Below the pieces are notes generated by a model that saw only the letters and a program-made list of their open reading frames with translations, searched no databases and was not told the DNA's origin. 27,096 nt of DNA, taken from contig JAYPIC010000006.1 in assembly GCA_038127595.1 (NCBI GenBank), positions 1 to 27,096 on the forward strand, written 5' to 3'. The DNA is from a bacterium (GTDB lineage: Bacteria > Fidelibacterota > Marinisomatia > Marinisomatales > UBA1611). The position numbers and the translations under genes were made by a program. Shown piece after piece: positions 1-8,161 of the stretch; position 1 is the stretch's first letter, and each line of letters opens with the position of its first letter.

Positions 1-75
1 CACCGCAGTCAGTACCCTTACGCTTTCATCATTTTTGTAAGAAATATTTGATATAGATATCTTCTGATTAGCCAT
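1..75 (-). CDS. 5' end of an unidentified CDS running off the left edge (MANQKISISNISYKNDESVRVLTAV...)
   Basis: ATG at 75-73 on the minus strand, preceded by an A-rich leader, with 25 open codons to the window edge. Divergent from the 141 gene. Too short to assign a function. Confidence 0.45.
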   Translation of the reverse strand, partial: MANQKISISNISYKNDESVRVLTAV

Positions 76-140
76 TTTTTTATTTTGAATTAATAATTCG
101 TATTAATGTTATAATTTTATTTTAGATATATTTACTCTAT

Positions 141-1721
141 ATGTTAAGGAATATTCTTACTCTTTCAGCTAGTGTTATATTTTCTCAAAATATAGAAAAT
201 ATATCTTATGATTTTATTAATCATCAAGGTCATATTTTGAATAAGGGCAGTTTAGTTTGGAATGAAGATTGGCACTCTAATGGGCTGTTTTTTGACGGGA
301 CGTTCGCTAATTATCCGTCGATGTATGGACCAATAATAGAAAAGAGACTCCTTAAACCAATTGAAGATATATCAAACTTAGATTCCTCCAAAACATTATC
401 TTATTTTGATTATGTACAGGGTGATTATTACTTGGACAATTTAGATTTAGGAATAAAATATTCAAATCCTGGTAGCATAATAAACCTACATGCATTTAAA
501 AGAAGATATGCTGGAGCATATAATCAATATAATTATGGTATTGGAACAATTAGTCCAATTCATTACACTTTTTTAGGTGATTATAATATCAGAAAAAATA
601 ATGAAAAATTATTTATATCTGTGGGGAATTTTAATTCTGATTATGGTTTGTTAGACTCATCAAATACCTCATTTTTAGATTCAAGAATAACCTCATCAAG
701 TTTAAAATATGAGAATCAATATGATAGCCTATTATTAACATTAGATTATAATATTTTTTTCCAGCGTTTAAATGGTCTTCATTCATCTTCTATCTTTGAA
801 GGTGTAATTTATCTGACTAGAACAAAAATTGATGGTTCAATGATGATTCTAAGTTCAAACAAATATAATTATGGTTTATCATATAATTTGAACAAAAGGT
901 CTTTAAACCATTATGATGTCAAAAATTTTAATTGGAATGTTATTGATCTCTTTATTCAAAATAAAAAATTAAAATACAGTATAGGCCTAAATACCTTTAA
1001 AGATGGTCATGATTTAATTTTTAGCAGCAGATCAAATTTTCAGTTAGGATTAATAATATCTAAGATCAATTTTGAAAGGTCTTATAAACCCTATCATATT
1101 GCTTATACAGACTCATTAAACTTTGAACAAAATGATTGTATATGGATTGAAAATAGTTTGCAGATGAAAAGATTTAAGATTGGTTTTGATTTTGCTTTTC
1201 AAAATTTTGAAAGAAAAATTGATCAAATGGGGTTACCCACTAAAGGTAATAATCTTTGGATGTCGCTTTATCTGAGTCCTGTTTTTCAAAATGATTTAGA
1301 ATTTAGTATTAGATACAATAGATCAATTAGCAATGAATATATAAATGATGGTATTGGAGATAGAATGAAAATTCAGCTTGGTAATAAATTTAATTTATTT
1401 TCAAATGCAATGACTATAAAATATCATGTTTCAATGGATGGTTACATGAATAGAAAAAATGGTTATGCTCTAAATCCAATAGAGCGTTACCCAGTCTATC
1501 AACCAGAACAAGCTTCGCTTAAGAATTTGTGGATACCTAGTTTTACTGTTACAAGCTTTGTTAAAAACGTAGAAATCAGTTATGCAATGCATCACTTAAC
1601 AAATATTATTGATGACTATTTAAATCGTAGTTATGATAGCAATCAAATAGTTTTTAATAAATATTATCCTAGTATCACCAGGCTAGCTTCCTTGGCAATT
1701 AAATGGAATTTTTATAACTAA
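141..1721 (+). CDS. Putative outer-membrane beta-barrel protein (putative porin-like, FCB type)
   Basis: 526 aa. N-terminal signal-like segment (MLRNILTLSASVIFSQ), many alternating aromatic/polar beta-strand segments, and a C-terminal barrel signature ...SLAIKWNFYN resembling the ends of FCB putative porins. Confidence 0.6.
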   Translation: MLRNILTLSASVIFSQNIENISYDFINHQGHILNKGSLVWNEDWHSNGLFFDGTFANYPSMYGPIIEKRLLKPIEDISNLDSSKTLSYFDYVQGDYYLDNLDLGIKYSNPGSIINLHAFKRRYAGAYNQYNYGIGTISPIHYTFLGDYNIRKNNEKLFISVGNFNSDYGLLDSSNTSFLDSRITSSSLKYENQYDSLLLTLDYNIFFQRLNGLHSSSIFEGVIYLTRTKIDGSMMILSSNKYNYGLSYNLNKRSLNHYDVKNFNWNVIDLFIQNKKLKYSIGLNTFKDGHDLIFSSRSNFQLGLIISKINFERSYKPYHIAYTDSLNFEQNDCIWIENSLQMKRFKIGFDFAFQNFERKIDQMGLPTKGNNLWMSLYLSPVFQNDLEFSIRYNRSISNEYINDGIGDRMKIQLGNKFNLFSNAMTIKYHVSMDGYMNRKNGYALNPIERYPVYQPEQASLKNLWIPSFTVTSFVKNVEISYAMHHLTNIIDDYLNRSYDSNQIVFNKYYPSITRLASLAIKWNFYN

Positions 1722-2806
1722 TTAATTTCCCAAGTAGCATAATCGCCAGGTGCTGCGCCTACTTCAAATAATTTTTCAATACCACCGTCTAGAACATAAA
1801 CACTATCTGGTGCAACATAGTCATTCGTTATACCGAAGAAAATTTGATCATCAATTGAATGAGATGAATATAAATTTGCATTATAATAAGAATCCTTACT
1901 TGCATAATTCCCAATTCTAGCTGATGTATTTAGGCTTAAATTATTTTGGTCAATAGGAACTATTCCACCAAGGCTAGTTCTATACACTTGCTCTTGATAT
2001 ATCATAACATTTCCACCACAAACAATACCTTCTCCATGTTCTATTGTTATTACCTCATCAGTAGTTAAATTTACTTGAGCAGTACCAAAAAAAGTTTGGT
2101 ACCAATTTTCGCTATAATATGTCCTGGAAATAAAAAGATTTCCATTGTGAATAATTAGATGCTGAGGTCCTTTACCAACTTCATATGTTTTGGTAATTTG
2201 GTTTGTTAGTGGATCTATTTTAACAACATCAGTTCCATTACCTTGATCATATAGAGCTAAATGTGGAATGCTAGCATAAAGATTTGAGCCATCTGTAGTA
2301 ATATCCTCAGGCAAACCGTTTAATGATATACTCTGCTCGATAGAAAAAGTATTTAAATTTAAAACTTTGATATCTTTTGAATTCCAATTGCTAAAATATA
2401 GTTTATTATTTAGTACGCACATCTCCCTGGGACTTGAGTTATTTGTTGAGATAGTTATTCCAGGTAATGTTAATCCAGTTTCTGATATTGCGTATCGTTT
2501 AATCTCGCTATTACCATTAATTATAGCGTATAAATGACTATCATGTACTAGAATCGATTGTAAAACATCGCCAACATTCAAAAGTTCTTGAATTTTTTCG
2601 TTATCTTTAAATACAGATATGGACCCATTATTTTGGCCAAAATTACCCTCACTTGCTATAAATAATAAATTGGTAGAAATATTATTATCCGTTGTAGATG
2701 CAATTTCACAATTATAACTAAATGCAATTATTCCTGATAAAATAAATAGCTTTATTTTTGATATGATAGTTTCTAATAGAATAATGATTTTTAAATGTCT
2801 TTTCAT
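1718..2806 (-). CDS. BtuG/YncE(DUF5074)-like beta-propeller lipoprotein, probable cobalamin-binding surface protein
   Basis: LFIASEGNFGQNNGSISVF motif typical of BtuG-like propellers, repeated blades (SPREM, LPEDI, GPQHL, APGDY) and a lipobox-like FSYNC. Lies directly downstream of a cobalamin riboswitch. Start moved from 2878 (inside the aptamer) to ATG 2806, which has a GGGAG SD at 2818-2814. Confidence 0.8.
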   Translation of the reverse strand: MKRHLKIIILLETIISKIKLFILSGIIAFSYNCEIASTTDNNISTNLLFIASEGNFGQNNGSISVFKDNEKIQELLNVGDVLQSILVHDSHLYAIINGNSEIKRYAISETGLTLPGITISTNNSSPREMCVLNNKLYFSNWNSKDIKVLNLNTFSIEQSISLNGLPEDITTDGSNLYASIPHLALYDQGNGTDVVKIDPLTNQITKTYEVGKGPQHLIIHNGNLFISRTYYSENWYQTFFGTAQVNLTTDEVITIEHGEGIVCGGNVMIYQEQVYRTSLGGIVPIDQNNLSLNTSARIGNYASKDSYYNANLYSSHSIDDQIFFGITNDYVAPDSVYVLDGGIEKLFEVGAAPGDYATWEIN

Positions 2807-2990
2807 GACTTTTCTCCCGAAAGTTGTTAGGTGATTGTGATTTAACTTACCAAGGTTTCCTGACTTATGTAGTGTCATCTAATTTTACCTTCTCTCCAAG
2901 TTTGGAAATGGCGATTAAAAATTAGTATTCTACAAATACAGTAGCGGGGACTGTGCCTGATTCCAACAAGCTTCCCTTTAGTAAACAAAT
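2807..2990 (-). ncRNA. Cobalamin (B12) riboswitch, class I-like, with translational expression platform
   Basis: Minus strand reads AAAGGGAAG-CUUG UUGGAAU CAGG-C-ACAG UCCCCGCUA CUGU-A, then UGUAG/CUACA and CUAAUUUU/AAAAUUAG stems, GCCAUUUCCAA..UUGGAGAGAAGGU (B12-box) and AAGUCAGGAAACCU. A downstream hairpin ACUUU-CGGGAGA-AAAGU holds the SD, and its loop is complementary to the CCCG of L5. Confidence 0.92.
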
Positions 2991-3102
2991 TTTGAAATCG
3001 AAATTAACTAAACAAAAATCATAAATGAAACATTGTATATGATATATTTTTTAAAAGGTGTTGTTAAATTTTAATAAACAAACAACTACTTTTTAAGGGC
3101 TA

Positions 3103-3837
3103 ATGATAAGAAAAAAATTTGTGATAAGATCTTTAGTAGCGCCATGCTACTCAAAACCATCTTTTTCTTCAGCAAAAATTACTGAGGCTGTATTTGGAGA
3201 AACAGTTGAAGTACTTGAGGTAAAGGATAGCTGGATACATATAAAACAGAAGGATGATTATAAAAGTTGGTTGAAAAATTTTTATGGTACTTTTGAAGCG
3301 AAGCCAATGGAATGTGATTACATTGTGATTGATAAATATCCTTTATTAGTTGGCAACAAACTTTTCAAGAACCATCAATTATATAAGACCATTAATGGTC
3401 ATAATTATGACTTTAGGAAAAAGCCAATAAGAATTGGCGCAGTAAATGAATTTGAACAATTGCTTAGTTATGCAAAAAGTTTAATTGGATGTCCTTACAG
3501 GTGGGGAGGTAAAACTTCGGGAGGATTTGACTGTTCAGGATTTGTCCAGACTATCTTTTTATTAACTGGCATGCTGCTTCCAAGGGATTCTTGGCAGCAA
3601 TCAGAAAAATTTAATCATGCAATTATTGATGGGAAAACAAGCAAACCTGGCGATCTACATTTTTTTGGGAGTGATGGTAAAATATCTCATGTTGGTATTT
3701 CTACAGGAGGTTACAATTTAATTCACTGCCAAGGGTGGGTTAAGGAGGAGTCTTTTGAACATATAGATTCCGCAAACAAAAAATTAGCAGATATGTACAT
3801 GCATACTTGTTCAGTTGAATTAAATTCAGCGCGATGA
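3103..3837 (+). CDS. SH3 + NlpC/P60 (C40) peptidase, YkfC/dipeptidyl-peptidase VI-like
   Basis: N-terminal SH3-like part (TEAVFGETVEVLE..W.HI...DDYKSW), catalytic PYRWGGKTSGGFDCSGFVQ, LPRDSWQQ, SHVGI and IHC. No signal peptide. Confidence 0.88.
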   Translation: MIRKKFVIRSLVAPCYSKPSFSSAKITEAVFGETVEVLEVKDSWIHIKQKDDYKSWLKNFYGTFEAKPMECDYIVIDKYPLLVGNKLFKNHQLYKTINGHNYDFRKKPIRIGAVNEFEQLLSYAKSLIGCPYRWGGKTSGGFDCSGFVQTIFLLTGMLLPRDSWQQSEKFNHAIIDGKTSKPGDLHFFGSDGKISHVGISTGGYNLIHCQGWVKEESFEHIDSANKKLADMYMHTCSVELNSAR

Positions 3838-4373
3838 AAATAAAATTTTCTAATAATAACTTATTAAGCAGCGCAGTATTAGTGCTAAATGCGAATTATT
3901 CTCCGATGACTGTCTGCACTGCTAAAAGAGCTATATCGCTATATTTTTTAGATAAAATTGATATACTATCAAACTATGATGAAAGTATCAGTAGCCCATC
4001 TTTATCGTTAGAGTTACCAAGCGTCATAAAAATAAGGACTTATGTAAAAAATAATAATATGGCAGTTGAAATTAGTAGAAAAAATGTCCTAGTAAGAGAT
4101 AATTATGAGTGTCAATATTGTGGTAAAAAAAGTAAATCGTTAACTGTGGATCATATAATTCCAAAATTTAGAAATGGCCAAGACACTTGGGAAAATCTCG
4201 TTGCTGCTTGCAAAAACTGTAATCAGGCGAAAGGTGAAAAAACTCCTGAGGAAGCAAATATGCCACTAATAAGAAAACCAAAAAGGCCAAATAGAATTCA
4301 TTATTTTCAAAGGTTAGTTAGGAAAAAGCAAGCTGATTGGCGCCCTTATTTATTTATGGAACCTTTGAATTAA
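3834..4373 (+). CDS. HNH endonuclease (Zn-binding, 'VLVLNA' family)
   Basis: VLVLNANYSP N-terminus; RDNYECQYCG..LTVDHIIPK..G.DTWENLVAACKNCNQAKG. ATGA overlap with the upstream gene. Confidence 0.9.
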   Translation: MKIKFSNNNLLSSAVLVLNANYSPMTVCTAKRAISLYFLDKIDILSNYDESISSPSLSLELPSVIKIRTYVKNNNMAVEISRKNVLVRDNYECQYCGKKSKSLTVDHIIPKFRNGQDTWENLVAACKNCNQAKGEKTPEEANMPLIRKPKRPNRIHYFQRLVRKKQADWRPYLFMEPLN

Positions 4374-4379
4374 TATTTT

Positions 4380-5360
4380 ATGAGCAAAATCAAAAAAAGA
4401 GTTCTAAGTGGTATCCAACCTTCTGGAAAATTGCATCTAGGTAATTATTTTGGTATGATGTCTAGAATGATTAATTATCAAGATGAAAACGATTTGTTTT
4501 GTTTCATTGTTAATTATCATGCACTAACAACAATTCAAAATAAAGCTGAACTTGAAAAAAATACTATAAATGCTGCCTTAGATTTTTTAGCTCTAGGTAT
4601 GGATCCAGAAAAATCTACTTTTTGGGTACAGTCTGACGTGCCACAGGTAACAGAACTAACATGGCTTTTATCAAATATAGCTGGAGTAGGTCTGATGGAA
4701 AGATCTACATCCTACAAAGATAAAATTGATAAAGGACTCAGTCCCAATATGGGTCTTTTCTCGTACCCAATATTAATGGCTGCTGATATTTTACTTTATG
4801 GTAGCGAAATAGTGCCAGTTGGTAAGGACCAGAAACAGCATCTTGAAATTACTAGGGACATAGCAATAAGATTTAACAATATTTATGGTAAAGGTTTATT
4901 AGTGGTTCCTAGTCCAGATATTAATGAGGACACAATGTTAGTTCCGGGCATTGATGGTCAAAAAATGAGCAAATCTTACGCTAATACGATCCCGATTTTT
5001 GCTGATGAAAAATTAATTAAAAAGTCAGTTATGTCTATTACAACAGATTCAGCTGGTATTAATGAACCTAAAGATAAAGATTCGCCATTATTTAAAATAT
5101 ATTCTCTATTCTTAAATTCTGAAGAGAAAAATATCTTAAGCGATAGGTATGATACCCCTGGTTTAAAGTATGGTGATGTAAAAAAAGAATTATTGAGCAA
5201 GATTATCGAGCATTTTTCTCCTTACAGAGAAAAAAGGGAATACTTATCAAAGAATATTGATCAGGTTCAATGCCTTTTGGATCTTGGAAGAGATAAAGCT
5301 TCAAAAGTAGCTGATGAATATATCAAAAAAATTAGAGACGCTATGGGACTTAACTACTGA
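4380..5360 (+). CDS. trpS: Tryptophan--tRNA ligase
   Basis: SGIQPSGKLHLGNY (HIGH motif), YPILMAADIL, VPVGKDQKQH, KMSKS. Confidence 0.98.
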   Translation: MSKIKKRVLSGIQPSGKLHLGNYFGMMSRMINYQDENDLFCFIVNYHALTTIQNKAELEKNTINAALDFLALGMDPEKSTFWVQSDVPQVTELTWLLSNIAGVGLMERSTSYKDKIDKGLSPNMGLFSYPILMAADILLYGSEIVPVGKDQKQHLEITRDIAIRFNNIYGKGLLVVPSPDINEDTMLVPGIDGQKMSKSYANTIPIFADEKLIKKSVMSITTDSAGINEPKDKDSPLFKIYSLFLNSEEKNILSDRYDTPGLKYGDVKKELLSKIIEHFSPYREKREYLSKNIDQVQCLLDLGRDKASKVADEYIKKIRDAMGLNY

Positions 5361-5361
5361 A

Positions 5362-6084
5362 ATGTATAAGGTTCAACTAAATAATTTTGAAGGGCCTATA
5401 GATCTCCTGTTATATTTTATAAGGAGGGACGAGTTAGACGTATATGACATCCCAATTTCTAAAATAACCAAGGAGTTTATTCATACAATTGAAGAATGGA
5501 AAAAGATGAATTTACATGTAGCTGGTGATTTCATAGTAATGGCATCTACTTTAATGCGAATTAAGGCAAAATTATTGCTTCCAAGACCAGAGCTTGATGA
5601 GGAGGGAGTAATTATCGATCCTAGAACTGAATTAATACAGCAGCTTGTAGAATACAAAAGGTTTAAAAATGCAGCAGAATTATTGAATAATCTTTCGGCC
5701 GAAAGAGAATCAAACTTTTCAAGGCAGCTAAAACCTATAATTAAAAATGAAACATTAGATGATAATGAAAACATTATAATAAATGCTTCTCTTTTCGACC
5801 TAGCCAGAGTATTTAAAACTGCAATTGACAATATGCCTGTTGTTTCTCAATTTGAATTGTCTAGAGAACCGGTAAAACTAGAGGAGCAAAAAGATTTTAT
5901 TTTTAAACATTTTGATGGAGATGGAAAATTAAAGTTTTCAATTATTTTAAATAAATTGGATACACGGATGAAGATTGTAGTAACATTTTTAGCAATATTA
6001 GATTTAGTTAGGGAAGGTTTATGTAGTATTAGCCAAGAAAAAGTTTTTGGAGAATTAGAGCTGCAGAGAGTTACTACTGCTTAA
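5362..6084 (+). CDS. scpA: Segregation and condensation protein A (kleisin)
   Basis: FEGPIDLLLYFI, DIPISKIT, F.VMA..L..IK, DPR.EL..QL.EY, IVVTFLAILDL. Start moved to ATG 5362, one base after the trpS stop. Confidence 0.95.
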   Translation: MYKVQLNNFEGPIDLLLYFIRRDELDVYDIPISKITKEFIHTIEEWKKMNLHVAGDFIVMASTLMRIKAKLLLPRPELDEEGVIIDPRTELIQQLVEYKRFKNAAELLNNLSAERESNFSRQLKPIIKNETLDDNENIIINASLFDLARVFKTAIDNMPVVSQFELSREPVKLEEQKDFIFKHFDGDGKLKFSIILNKLDTRMKIVVTFLAILDLVREGLCSISQEKVFGELELQRVTTA

Positions 6085-6090
6085 TTAATT

Positions 6091-6714
6091 ATGAAAGAAA
6101 AAGAATTAGATAAAATAATTGAATCACTATTGTTTGCTAGTTCAGATCCTTTAAGTCAAACATTATTAAATCAGGTTTTCGATAAGCCATTTCCAAATTT
6201 AAATAAAACTGTAAATAGGCTAAATGAATTCTATCATAAACATGAAAAACCGTACCGTATTGATAAAATTGCAGGAGGTTATCAATTGGTTACTAAACCA
6301 GAATTTGAAATTTGGATTCGTAGACTTCTCGGAAAATCAAATAAGTTAATTTTATCAGCTGCTGCTTTAGATACATTAGCAATAATTGCTTACAAACAAC
6401 CCATTGGCAGATATGACGTTGAAGCAATTAGGGGGGTTGACTCATCTGGTGTGATAAAAACGCTTCTTTCTCGGAATTTAATAGTAATAAAAGGCCGCGG
6501 AGATGGACCAGGTAGGCCATTGTTATATTCAACCACCAAACTCTTTTTAGAAAAATTTGGTTTGAATAGTCTTTCTGATATGCCAAAACTAAAAGAGGTT
6601 TCAGAAATAATTGAGTCTGACCCTAGTCTTGGAGAGCAAATAACTGTTTTTGAGGATGAAGATATAAAAAATAAAAAAAGTAGCGATGAAGAGGTGTCTG
6701 ATGCGGTTGAATAA
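6091..6714 (+). CDS. scpB: SMC-Scp complex subunit ScpB
   Basis: IESLLFAS, IAGGYQL.T, LS.AALDTLAIIAYKQP, IRGVDS, GPGRPLLY.TT..FL..FGL..L. Confidence 0.96.
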   Translation: MKEKELDKIIESLLFASSDPLSQTLLNQVFDKPFPNLNKTVNRLNEFYHKHEKPYRIDKIAGGYQLVTKPEFEIWIRRLLGKSNKLILSAAALDTLAIIAYKQPIGRYDVEAIRGVDSSGVIKTLLSRNLIVIKGRGDGPGRPLLYSTTKLFLEKFGLNSLSDMPKLKEVSEIIESDPSLGEQITVFEDEDIKNKKSSDEEVSDAVE

Positions 6715-7405
6715 GTTTTTAGCTAGATCAGGTGTTGCATCAAGAAGAAGGTCAGATGAGTTAATAAGAATGGCAATGGCGACTGTTAATAATAAAATAA
6801 TTTTAGATCCAGCATATGATGTACAAGAATCAGATATAATTAAATTTGATGGCAAGTTGCTTAAAATAGATGAAGAAAAGATTGTCATTGCATTTCATAA
6901 GCCAAAAAATGTTATAACCTCTGTATCAGATCCTTTTGGAAGAAAAACTGTAATGCATTTTATTAAATCAAATAAGCGCTTAGCGCCCATAGGTAGATTG
7001 GATAAAGATACAACAGGATTAATTTTTTTGACAAACGACGGTGATTTACATCAATATTTAACTCACCCTAAAAATCAAATACCAAGACAGTACGATGTAT
7101 TTTTAGAAAAAATTATAGATTCCACTAAGCTTAAACGCTTAAATAGAGGTCTTAGCATAGGCGAAGGTGAAATAGGGAGAGCGAAAGTTATAAGTCAAGT
7201 ACTCGTAAAAGGCAGGTGTAAAGCAAGGTTAGAACTTAAACAAGGTAAAAAACGAGAGATAAAAAGAATTTTTAGGTCTTTGAAGATTAAGCTATTTAGC
7301 TTGCATAGAGTTAGTTATGGAGAGGTAAAAATTGGTAATTTAAAAGAGGGTGAACATAGATATTTAAATGAAAATGAAATTAAAGGTTTAAAAAGAAAAT
7401 TTTAA
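6701..7405 (+). CDS. rluB: 23S rRNA pseudouridine synthase (RluB/RsuA family)
   Basis: MRLNKFLARSGVASRR (S4 domain), HKP..VITSVSDP.GR, catalytic GRLDKDTTG, located after scpB. Start moved to ATG 6701, with a GAGGTG SD at 6691-6696. Confidence 0.88.
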   Translation: MRLNKFLARSGVASRRRSDELIRMAMATVNNKIILDPAYDVQESDIIKFDGKLLKIDEEKIVIAFHKPKNVITSVSDPFGRKTVMHFIKSNKRLAPIGRLDKDTTGLIFLTNDGDLHQYLTHPKNQIPRQYDVFLEKIIDSTKLKRLNRGLSIGEGEIGRAKVISQVLVKGRCKARLELKQGKKREIKRIFRSLKIKLFSLHRVSYGEVKIGNLKEGEHRYLNENEIKGLKRKF

Positions 7406-7430
7406 TTTTAATGTTAATAATTTTTCATAT

Positions 7431-7467
7431 TTTGCCAATGACTAATTTTTCTTGTAAGTTCGCCGGC
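7431..7467 (+). promoter_or_regulatory. Candidate promoter for cmk-rpsA with GC-rich discriminator
   Basis: TTGCCA (7432-7437), a 17-bp spacer, TAAGTT (7455-7460), then CGCCGGC. Lies in the largest intergenic gap of the plus-strand run. Confidence 0.45.
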
Positions 7468-7486
7468 TTATTGAGAGTTAAAAAAA

Positions 7487-8161
7487 ATGATAGTTGCTAT
7501 TGATGGACCTGCCGCTTCGGGAAAAAGCACCGCAGCAAAAGGAGTAGCCAAAGCATTAAACATTACTCATCTTGATACAGGTGCGATGTATAGATCTATA
7601 ACTTATGGTTTATTAAAAAATAAAATTGAATTTACTGATTTGGATGGTGTGGAAGCATACTTAGAAAGTGTGAATTTGAAATTTTTTAAAAATGATAATG
7701 TTACAAAGCTTTTGCTCAATAATTCAGATGTAACTGAAAACATTAGATCTAATAATATCAATGAAAATGTTAGTGAAGTGAGTGCAATAAAGATAGTAAG
7801 AGATTTTATGGTGAAGTTTCAAAGAGAAATGTCTTGTGATATTGATTGTGTGTTAGAAGGCAGAGATATTGGAACAGTTGTTTTTCCTAATGCTGATTTT
7901 AAATTTTTTATTATTGCTAGTGACGAGGCTAGAGCAAACAGACGGCTTGATGATTTGATAAAAGTTGGAGATAAAAAACCTGGTGATTTTGAGATTGTAC
8001 TGGAAGAATTGATTATAAGAGACTATAAAGATTCAACTAGAGATCATTCTCCATTAAAGAAAGCAGATGACGCTCTTGAAATTGATACAACACATTTAAC
8101 AATCAATGAGGTAGTGAATAAAATCGTAAATACAGTTAACCAAAAAAGGACATTATATTAA
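7487..8161 (+). CDS. cmk: Cytidylate kinase
   Basis: IAIDGPAASGKST-type P-loop (VAIDGPAASGKST), LDTGAMYR, EGRDIGTVVFP, RD..DS.R..SPL. Confidence 0.98.
   Translation: MIVAIDGPAASGKSTAAKGVAKALNITHLDTGAMYRSITYGLLKNKIEFTDLDGVEAYLESVNLKFFKNDNVTKLLLNNSDVTENIRSNNINENVSEVSAIKIVRDFMVKFQREMSCDIDCVLEGRDIGTVVFPNADFKFFIIASDEARANRRLDDLIKVGDKKPGDFEIVLEELIIRDYKDSTRDHSPLKKADDALEIDTTHLTINEVVNKIVNTVNQKRTLY

Noticed and set aside
2807..2878. ORF-track N-terminal extension MTLHKSGNLGKLNHNHLTTFGRKV of the propeller gene
   Set aside because: It lies within the riboswitch aptamer and expression platform. ATG 2806 has the SD and gives a signal-type N-terminus.
3834..4373. HNH gene as a homing endonuclease, mobile element or toxin
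   Set aside because: No intron/intein context, terminal repeats or immunity ORF. It matches a widespread chromosomal family and is coupled to its neighbours.
5362..6714. scpA-scpB without smc as a Wadjet/Mks-like defence system
   Set aside because: The trpS-scpA-scpB-rluB-cmk order is the ordinary housekeeping arrangement and smc is usually unlinked.
4976..6888. Minus-strand ORFs 4976-5200, 5481-5831 and 6601-6888
   Set aside because: Antisense shadows of trpS, scpA and scpB/rluB with no recognisable motifs.
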